A DNA stretch of 46,260 bases from Planctomycetota bacterium (GCA_021808995.1 JAKBAP010000001.1:1-46260), one strand, 5' to 3'. Positions 17,535 through 27,316 are shown, numbered from the stretch's first letter. Notes: generated from the letters alone by a model not told the origin. Translations and numbers: made by a program.

Positions 17535-18236
17535 TCACGAGGATCCCGCGTACGCCGCTGGGTCTGTAAGCCCGAGCTTTGCAAAGGCCGCCAGTCGAAT
17601 CAAGCAGGCGTCGCAGCGGGCGCAGGCCAGTCCCCCTGGCGTGGGGTCGTAGCAGGTGTGGGTCATCCCATAATCCACCCCCAGCTCGTGTCCGCGCTCG
17701 ATGATTCGCTCCTTGGTCATCTGGATCAGGGGGGCGTGGACCGTGAACCGCCCCCGCTGCTCGACACCGGCCTGGGTGGCCAGATTGGCCAGGTGCTCAA
17801 AGGCGCGAAGGTATTCCGGCCGGCAATCGGGATAACCGGAATAGTCGACGCAATTAACCCCAACGAAAAGATCAAAGGCGGCGAGGGTTTCGGCCCAGGC
17901 CAAGGCCAGCGAGAGCATGACGGTGTTGCGAGCCGGGACATAGGTGATCGGGATTCCCTCGCCCATGGCCTCGTTGGGTCGGTCCTTGGGGACCTCGATC
18001 GCGGCGGTCAGAGCGCTCGCGCCAAAGGCCCGCAGGTCGATCGCGATCTCCAGGTGCCGCGCGACCGAGAACGCCCGGGCCACCCGTCGAGCGGCCTCGA
18101 GCTCGATCGAATGGCGCTGGCCGTAATTGACCGTGAGCGCGTGGAGCTCATAGCCCTCGTCGGCCGCGATCGCCAGCGTGGTCGCCGAATCCAGCCCCCC
18201 AGAGAGCAATATCACGGCCCTTTTCGTCGCGCTCAT
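17535..18236 (-). CDS. queC: 7-cyano-7-deazaguanine synthase
   Basis: PP-loop [16 protein letters not shown] and C-terminal Zn-binding cysteines (THTCYD...[10 protein letters not shown]). 233 aa. Confidence 0.95.
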   Translation of the reverse strand: MSATKRAVILLSGGLDSATTLAIAADEGYELHALTVNYGQRHSIELEAARRVARAFSVARHLEIAIDLRAFGASALTAAIEVPKDRPNEAMGEGIPITYVPARNTVMLSLALAWAETLAAFDLFVGVNCVDYSGYPDCRPEYLRAFEHLANLATQAGVEQRGRFTVHAPLIQMTKERIIERGHELGVDYGMTHTCYDPTPGGLACARCDACLIRLAAFAKLGLTDPAAYAGSS

Positions 18237-18248
18237 GCCCGCCCCCTC

Positions 18249-18278
18249 TTGTGGAAAACCGTTCCGATCCGATATTCT
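18249..18278 (+). promoter_or_regulatory. candidate promoter for rpmA-obg string
   Basis: TTGTGG (18249-18254), 18-nt spacer, TATTCT (18273-18278), 45 nt upstream of the rpmA ATG. Motif match only. Confidence 0.25.
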
Positions 18279-18323
18279 GATCGTCCGTAGGGATGAAGTT
18301 CAACGCATTGGGGTGATTGTTTC

Positions 18324-18575
18324 ATGGCTCACAAAAAAGGACAGGGTTCAAGCCGCAACGGTCGCGACTCGAACCCCAAGATGCTCGGGATCAAGCTTTA
18401 CGGCGGCCAGACGGCCAAGCCCGGGAGCATCGTGTGCCGGCAGAATGGGACCAAATGGCGCCCAGGCCGCAATATTGGCGTCGGCCGCGATTGGACGCTT
18501 TTTTCCTTGATCGACGGGACCGTCCTGTTTGACCAGGAAGGCCGGCGGATCAACATCGTGCCTCACAAGGTCTAA
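18324..18575 (+). CDS. rpmA: 50S ribosomal protein L27
   Basis: [24 protein letters not shown]..., 83 aa, canonical L27. Confidence 0.97.
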   Translation: MAHKKGQGSSRNGRDSNPKMLGIKLYGGQTAKPGSIVCRQNGTKWRPGRNIGVGRDWTLFSLIDGTVLFDQEGRRINIVPHKV

Positions 18576-18641
18576 TCAAGGCGCACCACACAATAGGGCG
18601 GGTCGTCGCGAGCCGCGGAACCGCCCGAGGGCGGGATTTCG

Positions 18642-19679
18642 ATGTTCGTTGATCGAGTGACCTTGTACGTCAAGGGGGGGACGGGTGGCAACGGCTGCCT
18701 GAGCTTTCGGCGTGAGAAATACGCGCCCCGCGGCGGGCCCAATGGGGGTGATGGGGGTCGCGGGGGTGATATCATCATCCGCGCTGAGATGGGGCTGACC
18801 AACCTGGCCCATCTTTCGCATCAGCGCCACTGGAAGGCCGAGCAAGGCGAGCATGGCGAGGGCTCGGATCGTTTCGGCCGGGGGGCGACCGACCTGATCA
18901 TTCAGGCCGCGATTGGGACCCTGGTCCGCGACCGTGATCGTGGCAACTTGCTCGGTGATCTCCGAGCCGATGGCGAGCAGATCATCGTCGCTCGCGGTGG
19001 GCGAGGGGGGCATGGCAACACGTTTTTCAAATCGTCCACCAACCGCGCCCCACGGCAGCACGAAAAAGGCTTTCCTGGCGAGGAACGCTGGATCACCCTT
19101 GAGCTCAAGGTCATCGCCGATGTCGGGCTTATCGGCCTGCCCAACGCCGGCAAGTCGACCTTGCTCTCGCGGATCTCACGCGCGCATCCGGAAATCGCCG
19201 ATTATCCGTTTACCACCAAGTTCCCCAATCTGGGGACCGTGATCACCCCGGACCGCAGTTTCGTGGTCGCCGACATTCCCGGTCTGATCGAGGGCGCGCA
19301 CCAGGGGCATGGGCTCGGCCATGAATTCCTCCGCCATGTCGAGCGCACGTCACTGCTGGTGCATCTGGTCGAGGCGAGCCCGATCGACGGGACGACGCCT
19401 CTGCAAAATTACCTCGCGATTCGCAACGAGCTCGCCCAGTATAGCGCGGCCCTGGCCGAGCGCCCGGAGCTGGTGGTCCTCACCAAGACCGACGTGCTGG
19501 GGTCGCTGGACGAGGCAACCCTGCTGGCCGAGTCGCTCGGTCGTGACGTGTTCACGATTTCGTCGGTGACGGGGCAGGGGGTTCCGAGGCTGTTGCACGC
19601 GATCATCGATCGACTGTGGGGTCATGAGGACGAGCCGGGGCTCAAGTCGCCGGGCACGCCGGTGGCGGCGGGTGCCTAG
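18642..19679 (+). CDS. obg: GTPase Obg/CgtA
   Basis: MFVDRVTLYVKGGTGGNGCLSFRREKYAPRGGPNGGDGGRGGDI (Obg fold). G motifs GLPNAGKST, DIPGLIEGA, TKTD. Confidence 0.97.
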   Translation: MFVDRVTLYVKGGTGGNGCLSFRREKYAPRGGPNGGDGGRGGDIIIRAEMGLTNLAHLSHQRHWKAEQGEHGEGSDRFGRGATDLIIQAAIGTLVRDRDRGNLLGDLRADGEQIIVARGGRGGHGNTFFKSSTNRAPRQHEKGFPGEERWITLELKVIADVGLIGLPNAGKSTLLSRISRAHPEIADYPFTTKFPNLGTVITPDRSFVVADIPGLIEGAHQGHGLGHEFLRHVERTSLLVHLVEASPIDGTTPLQNYLAIRNELAQYSAALAERPELVVLTKTDVLGSLDEATLLAESLGRDVFTISSVTGQGVPRLLHAIIDRLWGHEDEPGLKSPGTPVAAGA

Positions 19680-19682
19680 ACG

Positions 19683-20447
19683 ATGCCGGCGATCGTGGCC
19701 GACCTGGGTAACAGCCGGCTCAAGCTCGGGCGGGTGGATCAAGACCGCCGCCTGGGCGCGACGGTGAGCCTGCAGCTCGGCGATCCCGAGAGCTGGCGGC
19801 GGGGGCTTGCGGAGCTGGGCATCTCGTCTCCTCGTGAGGCATCGTGGGCGATCTCGTCGGTCAATCCCCCCCTCGCCCGGAGCCTGGCGGGCTTTCTTGA
19901 CCAGGAGGGCGTCCAGGCCTCGTGTTGGTTTGACTCGGCCTCCCAGGTTCCGATGGACATGGACGTGGAGGGGGCCGAGACCGGCGGCGCGGACCGCGCG
20001 CTCGGCGTGCTCGCGGCCCGGTCGCTGGCCGCGCCCGGGCAGCCCGTGCTGGTGGTTTCCTGCGGGACAGCCGTGACCATCGAAAGCGTCGACGACCGCG
20101 GCGTCTGGCGTGGCGGCTCGATCGGGCCAGGACTGGGCGTCTCCGCTCGGGCACTTCATCTGATGACCGCCCAGGTCCCCATCATCGCCATCGACTCGCA
20201 ACCGCCGCCCCGCGGCCGAGGGACCGTCTCCTCGCTCGAGGCCGGGATCTTCTGGGGTCTGGTCGGCGGCGTACGCTTGCTCATCGAGCTCCAATCGGCT
20301 CTTCTAGGCGGCGTGCCCGCTGTCTTCTGGACCGGCGGCGACGCACCGCTCGTCGCCCCCGCCGTCGCGGGGCCGACCGCCAGGCTCACACCCAACCTTG
20401 TCCTTCAGGGGCTCGCCCTGCTCGTACCCCTGGAAACCAACCCCTGA
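19683..20447 (+). CDS. coaX: type III pantothenate kinase
   Basis: DLGNSRLKLG N-terminus, CGTAVTI, GGSIGPGLGVSARALHLMTAQVP. Start is 4 nt after the obg stop. Confidence 0.9.
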   Translation: MPAIVADLGNSRLKLGRVDQDRRLGATVSLQLGDPESWRRGLAELGISSPREASWAISSVNPPLARSLAGFLDQEGVQASCWFDSASQVPMDMDVEGAETGGADRALGVLAARSLAAPGQPVLVVSCGTAVTIESVDDRGVWRGGSIGPGLGVSARALHLMTAQVPIIAIDSQPPPRGRGTVSSLEAGIFWGLVGGVRLLIELQSALLGGVPAVFWTGGDAPLVAPAVAGPTARLTPNLVLQGLALLVPLETNP

Positions 20448-20469
20448 ATCCCAGCGCCGAGGTCCGATC

Positions 20470-21081
20470 TTGAGCTCGAAATCCGATGAACGCGTCCTGG
20501 TCGTCCCAGCCCTGGCCCTCGATCAACTCGGGCGATTCCAGGGCTTTCACCCCGACGCCGAGCACTACCTGTCAGCCCTGCTGGTTCCCGAGCTCATGGA
20601 CTATCGCCCGCGCTCGGAGGTCGAGACCGATCCTAGCCTCAAGCAAATCATCCCTTACGTCGTCTTTCGCTGCCATAACGAGGCGTTTTGCTATACGAGG
20701 GGCTCGTCGCAAGGAGAGTCACGCCTGCATCGCCTGCGATCGCTGGGCGTCGGCGGCCATGTCGCCCAGGAAGACGCCGGCGGCGAACGCACCCGAGGTG
20801 CCTACGAGCTCGCTCTCAAGCGCGAGCTCGACGAGGAAGTCGCCGTCTCCAGCCCCGGGCGCATCCAGCTCGTGGGCCTGATCAATGACGACTCGACCCC
20901 GGTCGGCCAGGTCCACCTGGGCGTGATCCACCGGTTTGATCTCGATCAACCCCTGGTCACGCCCCGCGAACATGGGCTCGCCGAGGCGGCGTTCCTTTCC
21001 TTCGATCAGATCCGCGCGCTTCGCGGCGAGTTCGAGACCTGGTCCCAATTCTGCATCGACTCAGTGCTCGACCACCCCTGA
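20470..21081 (+). CDS. Nudix-like hydrolase family protein
   Basis: ORF from 20398 overlaps the coaX end. In-frame TTG at 20470 gives LSSKSDERVLVVP.... Contains GVGGHVAQED...ALKRELDEEV (Nudix-box-like, not perfectly canonical). Confidence 0.7.
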   Translation: MSSKSDERVLVVPALALDQLGRFQGFHPDAEHYLSALLVPELMDYRPRSEVETDPSLKQIIPYVVFRCHNEAFCYTRGSSQGESRLHRLRSLGVGGHVAQEDAGGERTRGAYELALKRELDEEVAVSSPGRIQLVGLINDDSTPVGQVHLGVIHRFDLDQPLVTPREHGLAEAAFLSFDQIRALRGEFETWSQFCIDSVLDHP

Positions 21082-22242
21082 CGCGGCCGCGCGGACCGCG
21101 ACGGGTTTCGCGCCTGGCTGCCGCTCGTCGAGCCAGGCGATGAGGGGGGGGAAAATCTCCCGAGGCGCATGGCGGCTCCAGACCAGGTCACAGTGGCCAT
21201 AGTCGGCCACGTTGCCATTGGCCCTGCCAAACCGCCAGAGCGTCTTATCAGAGCTGCCGATCGCCGCGAACGTCAGCTCGGTCGAGGGCACGTCCGAGAG
21301 CAGGTCGGCATCTCCGGCGACCAGCAGAGTCGGCGTCTTGACCTCGCCCAGACGCGCGGCAAAGTCAATCCGCCGATCCGCCGAAAGCATGTGACCATAT
21401 TCGAGATACGGCCTGAGCTGCTTGAGCGCCCCAGGACCGGTGTCCTCCAGTGCATAGCCATAAAAACGCGAGATCGTCCGGGGTTCGACGTTTTCGCTCG
21501 TGTAATAGAAGCGGTCGATCATCCCCATCCCCGGCAGGCGAAAATACTTGAGTGGCCTGCCCATCCGGCCCGGGCTCGCCACCAGGGCCAGCGCCCGCAG
21601 TCCACGATTCGCGAGGATGATGTCGTGATGGGGCGCGTCGGCCTGGATGATCGTGCTCCCCATCCCCACGAAATTCGCGATCCGCCCCGTATCATGGCCG
21701 AGCTCCAGGTAGGGAAAGATCAGCATCCCGCCTAGGCTATGACCGATCCAGTTGACCTGGTCGCGGCCCGTCACCTTCTCGACGTGATCGAGGATCGCGG
21801 GGACGTCGAATCGCACCATGTCATCGACGGTCCAGCTCCGTTCGCCGCGCTCCCTGATGAAGGTCTGCCGAAGCATCGGGTTCACGAAGTCGAACCTGCC
21901 CAACTGGTCATTTTCACCGGAACCACGCATATCGAAGACAAAAACCTCGTAACCGCGGGCCGCGAGCTGCCCGGGCAGGTGGTCGTCGGTGATCGTCCAG
22001 AAGGTCGCGTTGAGCCCCAGCCCATGGGCCATGATCACCGGGAGCTTGCCCGGATCCGGATGCTCGGGCCGATAGCGTCTGACCCCAATCCGCCAGCCGT
22101 CGCGGGTGGCGACGAATTCGTCGGCGCAAGGCTGCAAGTCCCTGAGCGGCGCGTTCCGGCGCGCGGTCGCGCAGCCGGCGTCGCCAAGCAGGCAGAACAG
22201 CAGCAACAACGAACGGGCGAACGCCCGATCCGGTCGGATCAT
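21061..22242 (-). CDS. alpha/beta-fold hydrolase (lipase/esterase-like), lipoprotein-type signal
   Basis: N-terminus MIRPDRAFARSLLLLFCLLGDAGCATA and nucleophile elbow WIGHSLGGM. 393 aa. 3' end overlaps the convergent Nudix gene by 21 nt. Confidence 0.85.
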   Translation of the reverse strand: MIRPDRAFARSLLLLFCLLGDAGCATARRNAPLRDLQPCADEFVATRDGWRIGVRRYRPEHPDPGKLPVIMAHGLGLNATFWTITDDHLPGQLAARGYEVFVFDMRGSGENDQLGRFDFVNPMLRQTFIRERGERSWTVDDMVRFDVPAILDHVEKVTGRDQVNWIGHSLGGMLIFPYLELGHDTGRIANFVGMGSTIIQADAPHHDIILANRGLRALALVASPGRMGRPLKYFRLPGMGMIDRFYYTSENVEPRTISRFYGYALEDTGPGALKQLRPYLEYGHMLSADRRIDFAARLGEVKTPTLLVAGDADLLSDVPSTELTFAAIGSSDKTLWRFGRANGNVADYGHCDLVWSRHAPREIFPPLIAWLDERQPGAKPVAVRAAASGVVEH

Positions 22243-22341
22243 CGCGACTGAGATCCCTCTCGCGGAGGAAAACGCCGAGAGCCTCCCTGCTCAACGGCGT
22301 CGCGGATTCTAGCGGACAAGTCCCGACAAGGGAACGCCATG

Positions 22342-22384
22342 AAAAAAAAACGCGAGATCGAGCACGGTTGATCCGTCAATCTCG
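22342..22384 (-). terminator. candidate intrinsic terminator downstream of hrpB
   Basis: Minus-strand reading: CGAGATTGA-(14 nt)-TCGATCTCG hairpin (9 bp including one G.U), then CG and a T9 run (plus-strand A9 at 22342-22350). It starts about 50 nt after the hrpB stop. Long T runs are rare in this GC-rich DNA. Confidence 0.45.
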
Positions 22385-22435
22385 ACCTGAACGGTCCCAC
22401 TTTCCCTGACCGCTCTTTTCGCTCAGTTCGCCCAT

Positions 22436-24988
22436 TTAACGACCGGGGCGAGGTTTCGTCGGCGTGGCCTGGAGCGGATCCTCGGGCCAGGCGTGCTTGG
22501 GATATCGTCCCCGAAGGTCTTTACGGACTTGCTGATACGTGTTGCCCCAGAATCCGCGGAGGTCGCTGGTAATCTGGACCGGCCGGCCATTCGGGGCGAG
22601 CAGGTGGATCACGATCGGGATTCGCCCGCGCGCGACCCTGGGCCCGTCGGTCCAGCCAAACAACTCCTGGACCCGAGCGGCCAAGACGGGCGGTCGTCCC
22701 GCTTCGTAGGCGAGCCGGACCACGCGCCCGCTGGGCAAGGTCACGGACTCGGGAGCGCTCGCGTGGAGCTCGCGTCTCTGGGCGGGATCCAATCGCGTGG
22801 CCAGGATCGCGGTCCAATCGGCCTGTTCCACGCTCTCGCGGCGCGATAGATCCGAACAGATTTGCTCGAGCGAGTCGACGAAGACCGACGCCTCCAGGGC
22901 TGGCCAGGCGAGCTCGGGCACCGCCTCGCTCAGGAACTCGAACCGCCCGATCCACGCCGCCGCCCGCTCGCTCGAACGAGCCAGTGCCTCGGCCTCGGGG
23001 CGTAGGGCCTCGAACAAGACCCGGCCCGCGAGAGCGGGTTCGACGGAGGCGCTCGAATCCTCGCGAAGGACAAGGTCCAGAAACAGCAGCCGCGAGCGAC
23101 CCACGACCCGTCCGCGGGCAACGTCATAGTCCGCGAACGACTCCCGCCTGATCAGCCCCGGCAACCGCCGTTCGAGCCACTCAAAACGCGCTGAGCTGGC
23201 GACCTCGACCAGGATCTCTAGCCCGCCAGGGCCCTTGATCTCGCGGGCGTCGAGCGCCAGGAACAGCTCGGCGTCATGAACGCTGGACCCTGGCGCGAGC
23301 CGCGCGCCCCGGCCGCCGACCATGAGGCCGGTGCCGCGGAGCCCCCGCTTTTTCACCAACCGATCGGGATACGCGAGGAGCAGCCACTCGAGCAGCTCCT
23401 CGTCGTCGCCTCGTGAGCGCCTGGGGTTTCGCTCATCGATCCGCCGCAACAGGTCGTCGCGAGCCCGGGCAACCTGCCGGGCGGCGCTGGGGTCGATCCC
23501 TCGCGTGATCAGCCCTGGCGAAAAGCGCGCCTGCTCGGCGATCTCGAGGAGCTCGAGGCGGTCAAGCACGTCAGAGGCAAGCGCGGTATCGCTCGCGAGG
23601 TCGCTGGAGGGTGCCCGGCCCATCCCCCGCGCCTTAAGGTCGGCCTCGGAAAGGAGCGCGGCCACGCTGGCCCCCTCCCAGGGACGGCCCGCGCTTTGGG
23701 CCTCGACGATCAGCCGGCCCAGCCGGGGATGAACCGGCAGCTCGAGCATCCGATCGCCCATCGCGGTGACGCGAGGGGGATCACCGGTGACAGCGCCCAG
23801 CATCCGCAAGAGAGCGAGCGCCCCCTGCGCGCGTTCCGGCGCGGGGGCGTCGAACCAGTTGAATCGACTGAGATCCCGGACGCCAAACGACAGGATCCCC
23901 AGGATGGTCGCCGCTAGATCGACGCGGTGGATCTCGGGGATCGCGAATTCGGGCCGGCCGAGGAAGTCGCGTTCGGCATAGAGTCGAATGCAGCGCCCTG
24001 GGGCGGTTCGGCCCGCCCGACCGGCGCGCTGGCTGGCGGAGGCCCGGCTGATCGCCTCGATGCGATGGCGATCGACGCCTCGATCGGGATCATGCCGCAC
24101 GAGCCGCTCGAGCCCGGAATCGACGACGGTTGTTACTCCCTCGATCGTGAGCGAGGTCTCGGCGACGTTGGTTGCCAGGATCACCTTTCGCGGACCGCCC
24201 GGCGCGAGGACGCGATCTTGCTCCTCGGCCGGCATCGAACCATGCAGGGTCATCACGACCGCCCCACCGGCTAGCGACCCCAGGGCCCGGCCGGCCCGGC
24301 GGATCTCGGCCATCCCAGGCAGGAAAACCAGAATGTGCCCACGATCGCCGGGGTCCGCGAGCCGCTCGGCAACCGAGGCCGCGATCGCCTGATCGAGCTC
24401 GCGACGGGCGGCCGGCCGATACACGACCTCGACCTCGTGAAGCGCCCCCGGCACGTCGATCACCGGGCAATCGCCCAGATAGCGAGCCAGCGCGCCGGTC
24501 TCCAGGGTCGCCGACATCACCACCAGCATCAGATCCGGGCGCGCGTCGCGACGGATCTCGTTCAAAAGCGCGAGCGCCAGGTCGGCGTGCAGCCCACGCT
24601 CGTGGAACTCGTCGATCACGACCGCGCCGACCGATTCCAGGAACGGGTCCGCGAGCAGCCGCCTCGCCAGCACCCCCTCGGTGAGGAATCGCAGCCTCGT
24701 TTGATTCGAGAACCTGCGTTCGAACCGGATCTGGTATCCGACCTCGCCGCCGACCGTCCAACCGCGCTCGAAGGCGATCCGCGCCGACGCCGCGCGGGCG
24801 GCCACCCGCCGGGGCTCAAGCACCAGGACGTTGGGATGGTCGGGCCCAAGCAGACCCGACTCCAGAATCGCCGGCGGGACGCGGGTCGTCTTGCCCGAGC
24901 CAGGCGCGGACCTGACCACCACCGCCCCACCGGCCGCCGCCGCGAGAATCCCAGGAATCGCCAGATCGATCGGCAACCGCTGCATCAT
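22436..24988 (-). CDS. hrpB: ATP-dependent RNA helicase HrpB (DEAH/RHA family)
   Basis: 850 aa. Walker A APGSGKTT, DEFHER box, helicase C and HA2-like regions, HrpB-type C-terminal domain. Confidence 0.92.
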   Translation of the reverse strand: MMQRLPIDLAIPGILAAAAGGAVVVRSAPGSGKTTRVPPAILESGLLGPDHPNVLVLEPRRVAARAASARIAFERGWTVGGEVGYQIRFERRFSNQTRLRFLTEGVLARRLLADPFLESVGAVVIDEFHERGLHADLALALLNEIRRDARPDLMLVVMSATLETGALARYLGDCPVIDVPGALHEVEVVYRPAARRELDQAIAASVAERLADPGDRGHILVFLPGMAEIRRAGRALGSLAGGAVVMTLHGSMPAEEQDRVLAPGGPRKVILATNVAETSLTIEGVTTVVDSGLERLVRHDPDRGVDRHRIEAISRASASQRAGRAGRTAPGRCIRLYAERDFLGRPEFAIPEIHRVDLAATILGILSFGVRDLSRFNWFDAPAPERAQGALALLRMLGAVTGDPPRVTAMGDRMLELPVHPRLGRLIVEAQSAGRPWEGASVAALLSEADLKARGMGRAPSSDLASDTALASDVLDRLELLEIAEQARFSPGLITRGIDPSAARQVARARDDLLRRIDERNPRRSRGDDEELLEWLLLAYPDRLVKKRGLRGTGLMVGGRGARLAPGSSVHDAELFLALDAREIKGPGGLEILVEVASSARFEWLERRLPGLIRRESFADYDVARGRVVGRSRLLFLDLVLREDSSASVEPALAGRVLFEALRPEAEALARSSERAAAWIGRFEFLSEAVPELAWPALEASVFVDSLEQICSDLSRRESVEQADWTAILATRLDPAQRRELHASAPESVTLPSGRVVRLAYEAGRPPVLAARVQELFGWTDGPRVARGRIPIVIHLLAPNGRPVQITSDLRGFWGNTYQQVRKDLRGRYPKHAWPEDPLQATPTKPRPGR

Positions 24989-25033
24989 CTTGGTCGGCCG
25001 TCGCGAGGGGTAAGGCCGTCCGAGCCCGCTCCC

Positions 25034-26959
25034 TTACCCAATGGGATAAAACGGTGCATGATCAGGCCCCAGTCTGGGCGCTTTCGGAATCCGAGGCAAG
25101 CCGCCGATGGGGACCAGCTTGCCATGGATGAACTTGTAATACGTCCCCGTCGGCGGGACCGGATGCAAGCGCGAGGTCCGGCGGTGCGGATTGCCGGCGA
25201 ACATCACGGCCGTCGCCTTCGAAGGCCTAAATCGCACGTGCCCAGCCAACCCGATCAGCTTGTTCGTGCCCGGCCCGCCAATCAGGGTCGTCTGTCCGAA
25301 CCAGCCATGTTCGAGGCTAAAGCCCGATCCACCGGTGACGTAATTGCGAATCCCATGTCCGCCATCGAGCGTGACCGGGATCGTCACCGAGGGGTCCACC
25401 ACGATGTCATTGTTGGCCCTGCGACCACCAAAGACCACGACCTCGTTCAGGCTCGAGATCGCCGGTTGGGTCGAATCCAGCACGCCGTTGACCGTCACCT
25501 CGATGATGTCGCTTCCGGTCCCCGAGGGGTTCGCGACCTGGTCGACCTGGATCTTGTTCGTCCCCTTGTCGTATCGCGGCAACGGTGTCACGAACAACAC
25601 CGGCCCAACCAGGGCGACCGTCCCCGTGAGGATCGGCCCGACCTGGATCGTGGCCGTGGCGGAATTGCTGGTGGTCGTCAGCGAGGTCGGGATATTCGTG
25701 CTTCCCTGTTGCGGGCCGGTCCCGGTCACGTCGTAGCTCACCTTGTCGGTACCCAGAAAGCCAGGGTTGGGGGTATAGGTAAAGGTCCCGGTCGTGGCGT
25801 TGAAATTCGACACGGTCCCGTGCTGGGGCTGAGACAACAGCGTGTAGCTCAGCGTCGAGGGGGTAGCCGAATTGGGGTATCCGCTTGTTCCCGATAGCGT
25901 CACCGTCGTCGGCGTGTTGAGCTTCGTCGTCGCCGAGACCGCGTTCGCGAACGGCTTGAAATTGATCGGAGGACTGATCGGACCGGCGTACGCCCCCACG
26001 GTCACCACGAACGACTGGCTCACCTGGAGATGGCTCAGGGTGTCGGTCGCCGTCACCGTGATCGTCGACGTCTGGCCCTGGGCCGCCTGGGTCGTATCCA
26101 AGACGAGGACGCCGTTGGGATCCTGCGAGGAGAGCGAGGCCGACGTAATGTTGATCGGGTTTACAGGATAGGAATTCTCTTGCGTCACCGGGTTGGCCTG
26201 GACCGGAACCTGGGTCATCTTGGCCAGAATTGTCTGCCCGGTGAGCATCTGCCCAAAGATCGTATATCCATAGCCGAGGGCGGAGTTGGGCGACCCCGTC
26301 GTGATGAAAAACTGGGTGTCGTTGGTGCCATTCGGCGCGGGGGAGCCAGCGTTGTTCGCGTTGGCCATCGCGAGCTGATCAACGCCGGTGAAGGCGAGCT
26401 GCTGAATGTTTTCATTGGGGAAGGGCGTCCCAGGCTGCCCGCTCGAGCCCGTCCCAGTGCGATTGGGCGCTCCCCCCTGCGCGATATAGTCGGTGGCGTT
26501 GGGGAAACCGCCAAAGATCCGAGTGAAATACTTGTTGGTATACCAACCATCATTGGTGAATGTCTGAATCTCATTGACCGTATTGGGCGTCAGATCCTTG
26601 AAGAGCTGAAACGTCATCGGACCCGAGAAGTTGTTCGAGGTATTCGAGGGATCGGTGTACGAGACATTGACCGTCCAGAACAGCGACCCCCCCGCGATCG
26701 AGGCGGCCACCTCGGGATTGCTCGAGGTCACGGAGAAGGTCTGGGGGTCCGTGAACCCACTCGCCGCCAGGAGCGGGACGGTATAACCCTGCTTGGACGG
26801 AACCGTCAAGTTGGTGATCGGCTGGAGCGAGGCGTTCGAACCGGTCATGAGCCGGCGATCCTCGAGCCGCTCAAGCCCGAGCCTCGAACTCACCCGACGC
26901 CGCGGCAGGGTCGCCCCAACCTTCGTGAATGATCCAAACTGATTCAGACGTCGCCACAT
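25034..26959 (-). CDS. cyclophilin-type peptidyl-prolyl isomerase domain + Ig/cadherin-like repeats + Gly-rich C-terminal region; N-terminal LE-x-LE-x-R-x-L motif
   Basis: The track ORF extends to 27892, but that part is antisense to the kinase gene. ATG at 26959 (MWRRLNQFGSF...; GGAGA upstream) fits, with 27028 as an alternative. PPIase signature FTRIFGGF..YIAQGG..GTG..QLAMANA..NGTNDTQFFITTG..YTIFGQM. Then T/S-rich Ig-like modules (FTYTPNPGFLGTDKVSYDV). Confidence 0.85.
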   Translation of the reverse strand: MWRRLNQFGSFTKVGATLPRRRVSSRLGLERLEDRRLMTGSNASLQPITNLTVPSKQGYTVPLLAASGFTDPQTFSVTSSNPEVAASIAGGSLFWTVNVSYTDPSNTSNNFSGPMTFQLFKDLTPNTVNEIQTFTNDGWYTNKYFTRIFGGFPNATDYIAQGGAPNRTGTGSSGQPGTPFPNENIQQLAFTGVDQLAMANANNAGSPAPNGTNDTQFFITTGSPNSALGYGYTIFGQMLTGQTILAKMTQVPVQANPVTQENSYPVNPINITSASLSSQDPNGVLVLDTTQAAQGQTSTITVTATDTLSHLQVSQSFVVTVGAYAGPISPPINFKPFANAVSATTKLNTPTTVTLSGTSGYPNSATPSTLSYTLLSQPQHGTVSNFNATTGTFTYTPNPGFLGTDKVSYDVTGTGPQQGSTNIPTSLTTTSNSATATIQVGPILTGTVALVGPVLFVTPLPRYDKGTNKIQVDQVANPSGTGSDIIEVTVNGVLDSTQPAISSLNEVVVFGGRRANNDIVVDPSVTIPVTLDGGHGIRNYVTGGSGFSLEHGWFGQTTLIGGPGTNKLIGLAGHVRFRPSKATAVMFAGNPHRRTSRLHPVPPTGTYYKFIHGKLVPIGGLPRIPKAPRLGPDHAPFYPIG

Positions 26960-27133
26960 GCCTGGATTCTCCGACCTGGGTCGATCGTGCGCGGTCTCGA
27001 CTCCCAACGTATCGGTTGTAAGGGTCATTGGGCTTAAGCCGCTTCTCCCCGGAGGTCCCCGCGACACACCCTCCATTTCCTCCCTACCGTGATGGTCCAA
27101 AACAACTTGCGCTGTTTCGCGGGATCTCGATGG

Positions 27134-27162
27134 TTGACAGGCTGGGCGCGACCACTTATAGT
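27134..27162 (+). promoter_or_regulatory. near-consensus sigma70 promoter upstream of the Ser/Thr kinase gene
   Basis: TTGACA (27134-27139), exactly 17-nt spacer, TATAGT (27157-27162). Predicts a leader of about 147 nt before ATG 27317. Confidence 0.45.
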
Positions 27163-27316
27163 AGAGACATAGCCATTCGATTGCATGCTTGCGATACCTG
27201 TCGGCCCAATTCTGGCGTGATTCCGATAGGAGCCTCTTTGTTGCGACACGGAACGGTCGCGGTTCGCGACCAAGTCGTGTCGCCGTGGCGAGTCCTCTAG
27301 TGATGAGCGCGAGTCG

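Noticed and set aside
24335-25897. 520-aa plus-strand ORF spanning the hrpB 5' end and the cyclophilin-gene 3' end
   Set aside because: It crosses an intergenic gap, is antisense to two well-supported genes, and is Arg/Pro/Gly-rich junk.
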